DNA of 64,000 bases, taken from positions 64,001-128,000 of the forward strand of contig CAZUNO010000002.1 in NCBI GenBank assembly GCA_964621445.1, read 5' to 3'. The stretch is from Candidatus Hadarchaeota archaeon (lineage in GTDB: Archaea > CAYQAE01 > CAYVLA01). Both the position numbers and the translations under genes were made by a program. Positions within the stretch are counted from its first letter, which is position 1; each line of letters begins with the position of its first letter. The notes below the pieces were generated by a model that made no database searches, was not told the origin of the DNA, and was given only the letters and a program-made list of their open reading frames with translations. Positions 17,641 through 27,500 of the stretch are shown here, one piece after another.

Positions 17641-18897
17641 ATGGGCCGCAAGAAAATAATCATTCTAGGTATGGGTAGGATAGGGCTACCCACTGCTGCA
17701 TGTCTAGCCAACGCTGGTCACCAGGTACTTGGAGTCGATATAGATCAACGAAAGGTTGCCGATATCCGCGAGGGGAGGATAGATGGCAAGGAACCTGGAT
17801 TATCCGAAATGGTACTATCGGCCATGGAGTCGGGGACCCTCCGCATTTCAACGGAGCCGGTCCGGGGCGACGTATTCCTGCTTTGCCTGCCCACCCTGCT
17901 CAAGGAGGATAGGACATGTGATCTATCGGCCATTTCCTCCGCGATGGACTCCATATCAAATGTCATCTCGCCGGGCAATCTGATTATCCTGGAATCCACC
18001 GTGCCGGTACATACCACCCGGGATTTCCTGATACCTGGGCTGGAAAAGAGAGGAGTGGACACCTGTAAGGTGCTCTTCGCTTATGCCCCGGAGAGAATAA
18101 TGTCGGGAAGAATGCTGGAAGAGATAAGGAAGGATGACCGGATAATCGGTGTCACAAGTGAAAAGGCTGCAAAACTAGCCAGAGAGGTGTACGAGAGCTT
18201 CGTTGAGGGGGACATTTTCATTACCGATACCTCCACGGCCGAATTGGTGAAGCTCGCGGAAAACACCTACAGAGACATAAACATAGCTTACGCCAACGAG
18301 GTCGCCCTCTTCTGTCAGCGGGAAGGGATCGATGCCCGACGTGCAATAGAGCTGGCCAATAGGCATCCCCGGGTTGAGATACATCGCCCAGGACCCGGAG
18401 TTGGAGGCCACTGCATACCCGTGGTCCCTCATTTCCTGGCCCAGAATAATAGCTACGATATGATGATAAAAGCGGCGAGAAAAGTAAACGAATCCATGCC
18501 GAGATATATAGCCAACATGATAACCAGGACCATAAGCGGAGCGGAGCAACCAAAGGTCTCCCTTATGGGCATGGCCTATAAGTCCGGCTCAGGGGACACC
18601 GTAAACAGCCCGGGATTACAGATTCTGGAGCATCTCCAGGGTGAGAGGATGGAAATTCTCCTATGCGACCCACTTGTAAGAAACCAGGAAATGGACCTTG
18701 TGGAAATGGAGGAGGCCCTTTCATCGGACTGCATCGTCTTTCTAGTCGCCCATCAGCAATTCAAGGAAATTGATCCACCCAAACCCAAGAAGGCCATGGC
18801 GACCGTCATAGATACCGCAAACTGCATAGAGCCGCGGAAATGGATCCGGCAAGGCTGGAAAATTAAACGTTTCGCATCCAAGAATCCTAAGGCTTAA
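17641..18897 (+). CDS. wecC: Nucleotide-sugar dehydrogenase, UDP-N-acetyl-D-mannosamine dehydrogenase (WecC)-like
   Basis: GMGRIGLP, LESTVP, APERI, KLAENTYRDINIA, PGPGVGGHCIP. Confidence 0.8.
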   Translation: MGRKKIIILGMGRIGLPTAACLANAGHQVLGVDIDQRKVADIREGRIDGKEPGLSEMVLSAMESGTLRISTEPVRGDVFLLCLPTLLKEDRTCDLSAISSAMDSISNVISPGNLIILESTVPVHTTRDFLIPGLEKRGVDTCKVLFAYAPERIMSGRMLEEIRKDDRIIGVTSEKAAKLAREVYESFVEGDIFITDTSTAELVKLAENTYRDINIAYANEVALFCQREGIDARRAIELANRHPRVEIHRPGPGVGGHCIPVVPHFLAQNNSYDMMIKAARKVNESMPRYIANMITRTISGAEQPKVSLMGMAYKSGSGDTVNSPGLQILEHLQGERMEILLCDPLVRNQEMDLVEMEEALSSDCIVFLVAHQQFKEIDPPKPKKAMATVIDTANCIEPRKWIRQGWKIKRFASKNPKA

Positions 18898-20008
18898 CCC
18901 GGGCAAAGCTCAGCATCAAGGTCAAATCCCTATCGACATCAACCTGAGCCACCACGAACTTCTTCTTTACGCTGGCCGCCAACCTGCCCGCTCGAACGAT
19001 CTCCGTTGGCGTGATGTTGGCATCCTTGGGGAACACGTGGATCATAAAGGGGGCGTGGTCGATGCCGGGGCCGTATTCATATACCGCAAAATCCACTCCG
19101 AATTTCATTCCGGATTTTACGATCATTCCCGAGTCCTTCAATCCCTTATAAACCTGGTATCTCTCTCTGAAGTTCTTCTCCCTTGAACCTCTATCCATTA
19201 GATCCTGAGGACTCAGCTCCCTTTCCCCCTCCTTCAACTCCACCCTTCCCTTCTCGGTCAGGTAAAGGGCCTCGATGAATGATAATGTGATGGGCCTTTC
19301 AAAGGTCATGGACTTGGGTTTCCTGAGGCCTATCGGCTTTCCGAAATATCCTTCCTTGTAAAGACTGAGAGCCCCCGTGTGATCCCAAACCACCATCATG
19401 GGCCCCACCAGATCCGCGGAGTCACTCCTATCGGACGGTTCCTCCTCCATAGAGTTGGCATCGAATCTCCTGATTTCGTAGTAGGAGACCTCTCCCTCCT
19501 CATCAACCAGGGCCAGGTAAACTCCCTTTTTGTACCTTGCGCTCAATGATAGCAGTTTCTGAAGCTCGTCGAGGGGTATTCTCTTCTTGCGGGAGAATGA
19601 GGCAACAATATGAGAACAGGGCCTGGAGGGTTTCTCGTAGAAGAAAAGGTAAGGCATGTCATGCATTCCGGCCCGGACCTTTCTACCTTTACTCCTCAGA
19701 TCTCTGTATACCAGATATTTTAGGAATAACATGGGGTCGGATTGCCGCCCTCCGTGGAGCAATTCCTGAAAACTTACCTCTTTTCCCTCCTCAAGGACCT
19801 CGATGATACCCCGGCTTTGAAGATTTAGGGCTGCCACCTTTGGAAGAAGCACCCCTCCTCTTTCGGAGAAACCATATCCCATTTCCCTAAGAGGTGCTCC
19901 GTCCTCCACGAAGACCCCATCTGCCTCCATATTGGCCACAAAAACCTCTTGCTCCTGGGAACCCTCTTCGCCGATCTCTTCATCTACGTCTTCGCGCAAT
20001 GGATACAC
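18887..20008 (-). CDS. endA: tRNA-intron endonuclease, two-unit fused (alpha2-type) form
   Basis: Non-catalytic N-terminal unit (YRDLRSKG) plus catalytic C-terminal unit KSGMKFGVDFAVY..GPGIDHAPF...RLAASVKK; GYFGKPIGLRKPK loop. Confidence 0.93.
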   Translation of the reverse strand: MYPLREDVDEEIGEEGSQEQEVFVANMEADGVFVEDGAPLREMGYGFSERGGVLLPKVAALNLQSRGIIEVLEEGKEVSFQELLHGGRQSDPMLFLKYLVYRDLRSKGRKVRAGMHDMPYLFFYEKPSRPCSHIVASFSRKKRIPLDELQKLLSLSARYKKGVYLALVDEEGEVSYYEIRRFDANSMEEEPSDRSDSADLVGPMMVVWDHTGALSLYKEGYFGKPIGLRKPKSMTFERPITLSFIEALYLTEKGRVELKEGERELSPQDLMDRGSREKNFRERYQVYKGLKDSGMIVKSGMKFGVDFAVYEYGPGIDHAPFMIHVFPKDANITPTEIVRAGRLAASVKKKFVVAQVDVDRDLTLMLSFARVKP

Positions 20009-20171
20009 CCTGGTGTGAGGATGACTAAAACTCGAATTCCGGGCTAGAAGTCATGCTGAACAATGCCCAGACGTTTCATGGAGCCCAAATCGGGTATTAA
20101 ATCTTTTCAGCTGCCAGAATTTGGCATCGATTTGGAGAGATATTTCAACCGTATTCTTAAGGCGGTTCCAG

Positions 20172-21962
20172 ATGAGGATAGCCATAGTCGATCCCGAAAG
20201 ATGCAAGGGCGACAAGGATTGTCCATACCTCTGTCTCAAATTCTGCCCTGGCGTAAGAATGGGCGACGAGACCATAATTATCGATGAAGATACGAAAAAA
20301 CCAGTTATTAGTGAGAGTCTTTGCTCCGGGTGTGGCATCTGTGTAAATAAATGCCAGTTCGACGCCATAAACATCATAAACCTTCTTGAACCCCCGGAGG
20401 AGGGCGAGGTCCACCGCTATGGAAGGAACGCCTTCAGGTTATTCGGCCTCCCACTTCCAAGGGAGGGTAAGGTGGTCGGGGTAATCGGCCAGAACGGGAT
20501 CGGGAAGACAACCGCCATAAAGATTCTGTCAGGGGAGATGAAACCCAATCTTGGTGACTTTGATGGAGGCGAGAAGAACTGGGAAGATGTTTCTCGCTTC
20601 TTCAAAGGCTCCGAACTACAGAGCCATTTCGAATCCCTTTCCAAGGATGGTCTGAAACAGGCAATGAAACCCCAGTATGTGGGACAGATACCCAAGATTG
20701 CCCAAGGCACCGCAGGTGATCTGCTTGAGGATGCCGATGAGAGGGGAGTTTTCGATGAAATCGTGGAGGGACTGGATTTCGAGGAGGCACTGGAAAAGGA
20801 CGTGGCTAGTCTCAGTGGTGGTGAACTCCAGCGACTTGCCATAGGAGCCGTTCTCGGTAAGGCGGCCGACATATTCTTTTTTGATGAACCAACCTCCTAC
20901 CTCGATATCTATCAACGGCTGAATACGTCCAAGATGATCAGAGGTCTGGCCGAAGAGGGAAGATCGGTGCTGCTGATAGAGCATGATATGACCTCGCTGG
21001 ACTACATGAGTGATTACGTCCACCTTCTGGTAGGAGAGCCGGGCGCATATGGACTCGTCTCTGATATCAGGTCGGTGGGCGTGGGTATCAATACCTACCT
21101 GGATGGATTTCTTTCCCAGGAGAACCTGAGAATTCGTGAAAAGGCCATTAGATTCAAAATTCATTCCCCCATTGCCTTTCAAGAGGGGAAGCTGTTGACA
21201 TCATTTTCCGACCTTCAAAAGGACTTCGGCGATCAGTTCTCCCTGAAGGTACATGGGGCCGATATACACAAGAGCTCAGTGATAGGAGTTCTAGGTCCCA
21301 ATGCCATAGGCAAATCCACCTTCATAAAGATGCTCGCTGGTGAGGTTAAGCCCGACCAGGGTAAGGTCGACAGAACACTCAAAATAAGCTACAAACCACA
21401 GTACCTAACCGTGGAGAAGGAGGAAAGGGTCAGAGACCTACTTTGTCGGGTGGGGAAGGAAAGGTTTGATACCTCAATCTACAAGACCCGAATTCTTCGT
21501 CCCCTTGGAATAGATAGGATGCTGGACCTCATGCTCCCAAACCTCAGCGGGGGCGAGCTACAGAAGGTCGCTGTTACCGAGGCCTTGACCAGGGAGTCGG
21601 ACCTGATGGTACTGGACGAACCAACGGCTCATATCGATGTCGAGGACAGGCTTACCCTATCCAAGGTCATCCGAAACTTGGTGGAGCGTGAGGCCAGAGG
21701 GTGCATAGTTGTGGATCACGATACGCAGTTTCTTGATGTGGTCTCCGATAGTCTAATGATATTCGAGGGCATTCCTGGACTGAAAGGCACGGGCAAAGGG
21801 CCTTTTAACAAACGAGAAGGCATGAACAAGTTTCTGAAGGAGATGGAGATAACCTACAGAAGGGATTATCGCACCGGGAGACCCCGGATAAACAAGGAAG
21901 GAAGCAAGTTGGACAAGGAACAGAAACGAAAGGGCGAGTATTATTACCTACCAGGCGGCTAG
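20172..21962 (+). CDS. rli: Ribosome recycling ATPase ABCE1/Rli1
   Basis: N-terminal Fe-S cysteines, two ABC domains, RPRINK..S.LD.EQK..GEYYY; ATG at 20172. Confidence 0.96.
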   Translation: MRIAIVDPERCKGDKDCPYLCLKFCPGVRMGDETIIIDEDTKKPVISESLCSGCGICVNKCQFDAINIINLLEPPEEGEVHRYGRNAFRLFGLPLPREGKVVGVIGQNGIGKTTAIKILSGEMKPNLGDFDGGEKNWEDVSRFFKGSELQSHFESLSKDGLKQAMKPQYVGQIPKIAQGTAGDLLEDADERGVFDEIVEGLDFEEALEKDVASLSGGELQRLAIGAVLGKAADIFFFDEPTSYLDIYQRLNTSKMIRGLAEEGRSVLLIEHDMTSLDYMSDYVHLLVGEPGAYGLVSDIRSVGVGINTYLDGFLSQENLRIREKAIRFKIHSPIAFQEGKLLTSFSDLQKDFGDQFSLKVHGADIHKSSVIGVLGPNAIGKSTFIKMLAGEVKPDQGKVDRTLKISYKPQYLTVEKEERVRDLLCRVGKERFDTSIYKTRILRPLGIDRMLDLMLPNLSGGELQKVAVTEALTRESDLMVLDEPTAHIDVEDRLTLSKVIRNLVEREARGCIVVDHDTQFLDVVSDSLMIFEGIPGLKGTGKGPFNKREGMNKFLKEMEITYRRDYRTGRPRINKEGSKLDKEQKRKGEYYYLPGG

Positions 21963-22492
21963 TCCAGGCCCAAAACTGCAGCAACTTCCGAGAGCGAAAA
22001 GAAGTAATTGGAATCCTTATTCAAGTTGTAATCGGTTCTCAGCAGATAGGAATCAATACCTAGCTCCTTGCTGGGCAGTATATCCCTCTCATAGCTGTCG
22101 CCGACCATTATTACGTCCTTGTTACTGGCCCCCAGTTTAAACATGGCGTACTTGATCGGGGTTAGATCCTCCTTCTTCGCCTGTACAAGGGATGAGGTAA
22201 CCACCACATCCATGTATTCATCTATATTCAGATGCTCAATTATACCGGCGAGGCATTCCTGTATATGGTTGCAAACGACGCCCACCTTGATGTCATTTGC
22301 CTTGAGCTTCTTGAGGAGGGGTATGAGCTTAGGGTTAAGCCGCAGCTCCTCATCGACATATTTCTTCACCTCAGACATGTCCCCGTTGACCAGGTAGAGG
22401 TCAATCACCTTATTACGCACGATATCCGGGTGAAGTCCACTGGCAGAGTTCCACAACGTCCCGCCTGCATCAAAGAAAACGGCCTTTGTCAT
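21959..22492 (-). CDS. HAD-superfamily hydrolase
   Basis: FFDAGGTL, MVGDSYERDI. Confidence 0.8.
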   Translation of the reverse strand: MTKAVFFDAGGTLWNSASGLHPDIVRNKVIDLYLVNGDMSEVKKYVDEELRLNPKLIPLLKKLKANDIKVGVVCNHIQECLAGIIEHLNIDEYMDVVVTSSLVQAKKEDLTPIKYAMFKLGASNKDVIMVGDSYERDILPSKELGIDSYLLRTDYNLNKDSNYFFSLSEVAAVLGLD

Positions 22493-22537
22493 CCCGAGGT
22501 TAACTAGATTGAAGGTGCAGAAAAATATTTTGATGTC

Positions 22538-22960
22538 TTAGCCGATGGAGAACTCTATTTCCCGCCCCAGGCGATCATATGCCTTCACATCCTTCCTGGA
22601 GTATGGATTTGCCATTATGAAATGAACCAATCCCCTTTTCTCGAAGAAATGAACATCGGCTCTCGACGGGTAGGGGTTCGACCCGGGATGACTGTGAGCG
22701 GAACCAATGGTTTCGATCATCGGCGGGAGCATCCCGATTTTCATGAGGACGTTGTCCTTTCCCAGATAGGCTCGAGGTAACACGAATCCCTCCACTCTCA
22801 GAACCTCTTGCTCGAGACCTCCCTCAAGAAGGGCTGCGAATTCACGGGGATGGGCCTTTTTTGCACCGCCCAAAAGGTCATCCAACACCTCGTGTTCAAT
22901 GACCACCCTTACGGTAGGTCCCTTCTCTCCTCCGAACAACCTATCCAGGAACCCTAGCAT
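22538..22960 (-). CDS. JAMM/MPN+ (Mov34) metalloprotease
   Basis: PREFAALL...HSHPGSNPYPSRAD (E..HxH-x7-S-x2-D). Confidence 0.88.
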   Translation of the reverse strand: MLGFLDRLFGGEKGPTVRVVIEHEVLDDLLGGAKKAHPREFAALLEGGLEQEVLRVEGFVLPRAYLGKDNVLMKIGMLPPMIETIGSAHSHPGSNPYPSRADVHFFEKRGLVHFIMANPYSRKDVKAYDRLGREIEFSIG

Positions 22961-23010
22961 TTGTGAATGGGAGGGTACTCCAGCTTAAATATTGGATAGA
23001 TCAGGCCCCT

Positions 23011-24699
23011 TTACCCATTCTCTGTTTCATAGGGCCAGGCCAATAATCCACCCTCCATGACCTTTACATTTTCGAACCCTGCGCCATGAAGGATCCTGGC
23101 CGCCTCGTATCCTCTCAGGCTGATCTTGCACATAGTCACCAAATCCTTATCCCTTGGGAGCTCGTCCAACCTATCCCTCAACTCGCCCAGTGGTATAAGG
23201 GTGGAGCCCGGTATTTGGGATGTCTCATATTCGCCCTTGCTCCTAACGTCCAATAGGAGAAAGTCCTCCCCAGCATCAAACTTTTCCTTTACTTCGAGCA
23301 CCGATATTCCATCAAAGAGCCCATCGATCTTATTACGGGCCACATTGGCCAGAGTAATCAGGGGATCCATCGCCGAGGAATAGGGTGGTGCGTAACCCAG
23401 ATCCAGATTTGCCACCTCGTCGATGGTCATATCATTCATTATTGCAGCCGCGGCGACATCCATCCTCTTTACCACGCCTCCGGCACCGATTCCCTGTACC
23501 CCCAGAAGTCGTCTGGTCTTGGTCTCCACTATGGCCTTCAGTATTATGGGCTTGGCCGTCGGGAAGTAGTGGGCCCGATCCGGGGAGGCAATTACCGCCG
23601 TCGTAGTGTTTAGGCCCAGCTCCTCGCATCCGCGGGTGGTGAGCCCGCTTCTGCCCACGTTTTGGTTAAACACATTCAGGACATTTGTTCCTACAATGCC
23701 CCTGAAGATCTCCTCCCCCCCAGCAACATTAGTTCCGGCTACCCTGCCCTCCTTATTGGCCACGGACCCCATGGGCCAGAGCATGAGCTCACATACGAAT
23801 GAGGCCAGGTGTTCAACACAGTCCCCAGCCGCGTATATGTCCGGGTCCGAGGTCTGCATATGGGAGTTTACCCTAATCCCTCCACTCTCACCTATTTCCA
23901 GGCCAGCATCCCTGGCCAGGCCCACCACGGGCCTCACCCCGACGGCAACAAGCACGAATTCGGTGTCAATCTCCTTCCCGTCATCGGTTACCACCTTGCG
24001 GACGCGGCCATTATCATTGCCAAGGAACTTCTCTACCTTACTATTGGTGTGTATGGTTATGCCTTCCTCCCTCAGTGATTTTTCAAGTTGAAGGGTTAGG
24101 TCAGCATCCAGTAGACCAGGAAGCAGATGTGGCTGCATCTCGACAATTGTCACGTGCTTACCACATTCGCGGACTGCTTCCGTCATTTCACAGCCTATTA
24201 GGCCTCCTCCGACGATGGTAACCCTGTGGCAGGCCTTGGAAAAGGCCTCGTGAAGGGCGGCCGCGTCGTCGGGGTCCTTGAGTTGGGTCACGTTTTTCAG
24301 GTTAGCCCCATCAATTTTGAGTTCTATCGGTTCCGACCCGGTAGCTATTACCAGTTTGTCGTAGGGCACCTCGGACTTATTTCCGTCCCCGACGTTCTCG
24401 CAGTAAATAACCTTTTTCTCACGGTCGATTTCCAGCGCTTTTGTCCGGTTAAGAGCCTTTATGTCCTTAGCCTTGGCAAAGAATTTAGGGTCTCTCATCA
24501 CGCCAATTGGTGTTGAGATAAGCTCCTTCTTGTCCTTTACCACTCCAGAAATCCAATAGGGAAGTCCACATCCAGCATAGGAAAGTATCTCCTCCTTCTC
24601 TATGATGGTGATATCGGCTTCCGGATCCACTCTGCGCGCGCGAGCCGCGGCCTTTGGTCCAGCCGCAACTCCACCGATTACTACAATCTTATTTGGCAT
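23011..24699 (-). CDS. CoA-disulfide/persulfide reductase with C-terminal rhodanese domain
   Basis: GGVAAG, SYAGCGLP, GGGLIG, YAPPYS, rhodanese DVR...CKISLRG...GGLLAW. Confidence 0.88.
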   Translation of the reverse strand: MPNKIVVIGGVAAGPKAAARARRVDPEADITIIEKEEILSYAGCGLPYWISGVVKDKKELISTPIGVMRDPKFFAKAKDIKALNRTKALEIDREKKVIYCENVGDGNKSEVPYDKLVIATGSEPIELKIDGANLKNVTQLKDPDDAAALHEAFSKACHRVTIVGGGLIGCEMTEAVRECGKHVTIVEMQPHLLPGLLDADLTLQLEKSLREEGITIHTNSKVEKFLGNDNGRVRKVVTDDGKEIDTEFVLVAVGVRPVVGLARDAGLEIGESGGIRVNSHMQTSDPDIYAAGDCVEHLASFVCELMLWPMGSVANKEGRVAGTNVAGGEEIFRGIVGTNVLNVFNQNVGRSGLTTRGCEELGLNTTTAVIASPDRAHYFPTAKPIILKAIVETKTRRLLGVQGIGAGGVVKRMDVAAAAIMNDMTIDEVANLDLGYAPPYSSAMDPLITLANVARNKIDGLFDGISVLEVKEKFDAGEDFLLLDVRSKGEYETSQIPGSTLIPLGELRDRLDELPRDKDLVTMCKISLRGYEAARILHGAGFENVKVMEGGLLAWPYETENG

Positions 24700-24779
24700 G
24701 CTCGAGATCACTCTTCTACTAAACGCCTAGGCTGTCAAATTCGCTTAAAACGATTGTGGTGCTTGGTAAGAGATTTCAG

Positions 24780-25556
24780 ATGAGTTATATAGAAACCTCT
24801 ATGGACCCGAGAATCGAGAGACATGTCCGCGAAATAAACCGGTGTAACCAGAGAGGAGGTCGCATGCTGTCCATCCTGGACCTATTGGACGCGGGTACAC
24901 TGGATCGGGATATGGCGACATCCCTAATTGCTATGATGCTCGATGGCAAGTCCTTCCTGGTGGGAGCAAGGCCGGGAGGTGCGGGTAAGACCACGGTGAT
25001 GGGTGCGTTTCTAAATTTTATACCTGACATAGAGATCGTCCCCACTGAGAATAGCCAGGTGATCGAGCAAGGTCTGGATGATTCTCAAAGGAAATGCTAT
25101 GTGGCGCACGAGATAGGATCGGGTAGCTGGTATGCCTACATATGGGGTCAAGACGTGTCAAATTTCCTGGAACTGGCAGATACCCACATGATTGCCGGAA
25201 ATCTACATGCCGACACCGTCGAAGATGTATTAACGGCGTCCGGTATCAGACAGGACAATATTACACAACTTGAGCTGCTCATATTCCTCAAGATGGAAAG
25301 GGGATTTGGGTCCACGATAAGAAGGATAAATACGATTTACGAGAATATGGGAAGAGATGGTCCCGATGCCTTCAAGCCAATCTACACCTGGAGGGAGGAA
25401 GATGATGATTTCGAGAAGATCGGGGACCCCTCCATGGTGGAAACCTCTGAACTTCGATCCGCAGAGGAATTGCTTGATAGAATCGTTGGAAATGAACTAC
25501 GTAAAATAGAGGAGGTTCGGGCTCTGGCCCTCGAATACCTCGATGAGGAGAAATAG
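24780..25556 (+). CDS. Stand-alone VirB11/CpaF/FlaI-like secretion ATPase catalytic domain
   Basis: SILDLLDAGTLD, Walker A GARPGGAGKTT, AHEIG, GNLHAD His box. Confidence 0.65.
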   Translation: MSYIETSMDPRIERHVREINRCNQRGGRMLSILDLLDAGTLDRDMATSLIAMMLDGKSFLVGARPGGAGKTTVMGAFLNFIPDIEIVPTENSQVIEQGLDDSQRKCYVAHEIGSGSWYAYIWGQDVSNFLELADTHMIAGNLHADTVEDVLTASGIRQDNITQLELLIFLKMERGFGSTIRRINTIYENMGRDGPDAFKPIYTWREEDDDFEKIGDPSMVETSELRSAEELLDRIVGNELRKIEEVRALALEYLDEEK

Positions 25557-25561
25557 GGTTA

Positions 25562-27457
25562 TCACTTACCCTTTAACTGATCGGCGACGTACTCCAACCC
25601 CAGGTCCCTCAGTTTTCCAAAGGTTGGAACGCCATCTCCATCCCATCCGCACAGCTCATAGTACTCATCCAGCATCTCATCGAGTCTCACCACCATGCCC
25701 TCACAGGGCCCGCTCCTATGCGGTTCCTCCAAACAACGGGCAGGAAGGGAGTCATCCGCCCTACCAAATCCCTCTCGAACGTTGAATGCCCTGGTGAGGT
25801 TATCTATTCTCTCCCCTATCTCCAGGAATTTCCCCATGCTATATCCAAATCCGGTGGCTGCATTTACCATTTTCAAAACCGTATTTTCATCGTAGGCAAA
25901 GGAGGAGAAAAGGCATAGACCGGTGGAGTCCCAAACCACAGCTATATTTTCAGTCCCCGCCCTTACTTCCTGTGCTTTTCCCTCAGTGGTCTTGGGGTCC
26001 ATAGGGTCCCAACCCATCAGCTCCCTTCCCGCGGTCCAAGGGCGGAGGTGACAGGCACCCCTGTCGGATCTTGCATATGACAGGCCCATCCCCTGGGCTG
26101 CTCTGGGCATATATGCAGGGAACTCAAGCCCCTTTGTGTGCATTGCAAAGCGCTCGGAGTCCCCGCCGATCTCCTCTGCCGCTCTCTTAACGCCATTTCC
26201 AACCAGTTTACCCAATTTGCCTATTAGGGTTCCCGCCCTATTCACGGCTTCCAGAAGGGCCCCGCAGTCACCGAATTTCAGGTCCACGCCGTCTATATCT
26301 TCAGGCGAGATCAACCCCTTCTCTCGGCATTCCATGAGGAAGCCGATCGTATTTCCAACCGAGATGGTATCCATCCCGTAGTAATCCGAAAGGTAATCCC
26401 CTCTTGCTATGGTCTCCCGATCAGCGATCCCACACTGGGGGCCAAATGCCCAAACCGTCTCGTATTCCGGGCCTTCAGTCACAGTTCCGGCCATCGGACC
26501 TTCTGACACCACCCCGACATGGGCACACTGGATGGGGCAATTCCAGCAGGGACGGCTGCCGGGTGCCTCCCTCGGCACCCAGAGCTTCTTGGAAAAGGAT
26601 TCCCCGCTGACTGCCTCAACCTCTTCGAAACTGCCCTCTTGAAAATTCCTGGTCGGCCACCCTCCGGCCTCATTTATACCATGGATTATATTACAGGTCC
26701 CCCTGATCACAAGGGCCCCTTCCTTCGACCTGCTAGTTCTGAAATCCTCGGCTATCTTCCTATGGGCCTCCTTCACCGCCTCCAGGAAATTCTCCTCGTC
26801 CTTGACCAGATCTCCAGGTCCTTTAACATTACCACTCACAACTATGGCCTTTAGCCCCTTGGAGCCCATTACCGCCCCTGCTCCCCCACGGCCTGCCGCC
26901 CTCACCTCGGAAAGTATGCTTGCCAGCAATGCGCCACGCTCGCCGGCGGGGCCTATCTCAAGGACCTTTGAGCGCCGTTTTCCGGAGTGTTTATCCTTTA
27001 GAAACCGCTCAGTGGTGAAGGTATCCGCACCCCAGAGCCAACTTGCATCCTCCAATTCGCAACCATGTTCGTCTATTGCCAGGTACTTTGGATCCTCAGA
27101 CATTCCCTCGACAATAATTCCATCAAATCCAGACCACTTCAATTCTGGACCCCAAGACCCTCCACAATGGGAATCAAGCCATGTGCCGGTCAGAGGTGAT
27201 TTAGTGCAGATGCAGAAACGGTTACCTGTAGGGGCCCGGGTCCCAGTTAAGGGACCGGTCATGAACATGATTTTATTTTCCTCTCCAAGGGGATCAACGC
27301 CCCTTTTCATCTCCTGGAAAAGGGTTCCGGCGCAGTAACCCTTTCCTCCCAGAAGTGAATTTGTCATCTCACGGCTTGTTTCCTCCTCTTCCACAGTATC
27401 AGAGGATAGGTTAACTCTCAACATCTTTCCATTGAACCCAGACCAATCGGACGACAT
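25562..27457 (-). CDS. aor: Tungsten-dependent aldehyde:ferredoxin oxidoreductase family protein
   Basis: KSPLTG, GPAGE, AAGRGGAGAVMGSK, CWNCPIQC, EGPEYET, GMDTIS, RGACHL. Confidence 0.92.
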   Translation of the reverse strand: MSSDWSGFNGKMLRVNLSSDTVEEEETSREMTNSLLGGKGYCAGTLFQEMKRGVDPLGEENKIMFMTGPLTGTRAPTGNRFCICTKSPLTGTWLDSHCGGSWGPELKWSGFDGIIVEGMSEDPKYLAIDEHGCELEDASWLWGADTFTTERFLKDKHSGKRRSKVLEIGPAGERGALLASILSEVRAAGRGGAGAVMGSKGLKAIVVSGNVKGPGDLVKDEENFLEAVKEAHRKIAEDFRTSRSKEGALVIRGTCNIIHGINEAGGWPTRNFQEGSFEEVEAVSGESFSKKLWVPREAPGSRPCWNCPIQCAHVGVVSEGPMAGTVTEGPEYETVWAFGPQCGIADRETIARGDYLSDYYGMDTISVGNTIGFLMECREKGLISPEDIDGVDLKFGDCGALLEAVNRAGTLIGKLGKLVGNGVKRAAEEIGGDSERFAMHTKGLEFPAYMPRAAQGMGLSYARSDRGACHLRPWTAGRELMGWDPMDPKTTEGKAQEVRAGTENIAVVWDSTGLCLFSSFAYDENTVLKMVNAATGFGYSMGKFLEIGERIDNLTRAFNVREGFGRADDSLPARCLEEPHRSGPCEGMVVRLDEMLDEYYELCGWDGDGVPTFGKLRDLGLEYVADQLKGK

Positions 27458-27500
27458 GAAGGGTGTAACCTCCCTTATCTCATTTAACTATTGGCAGTGA

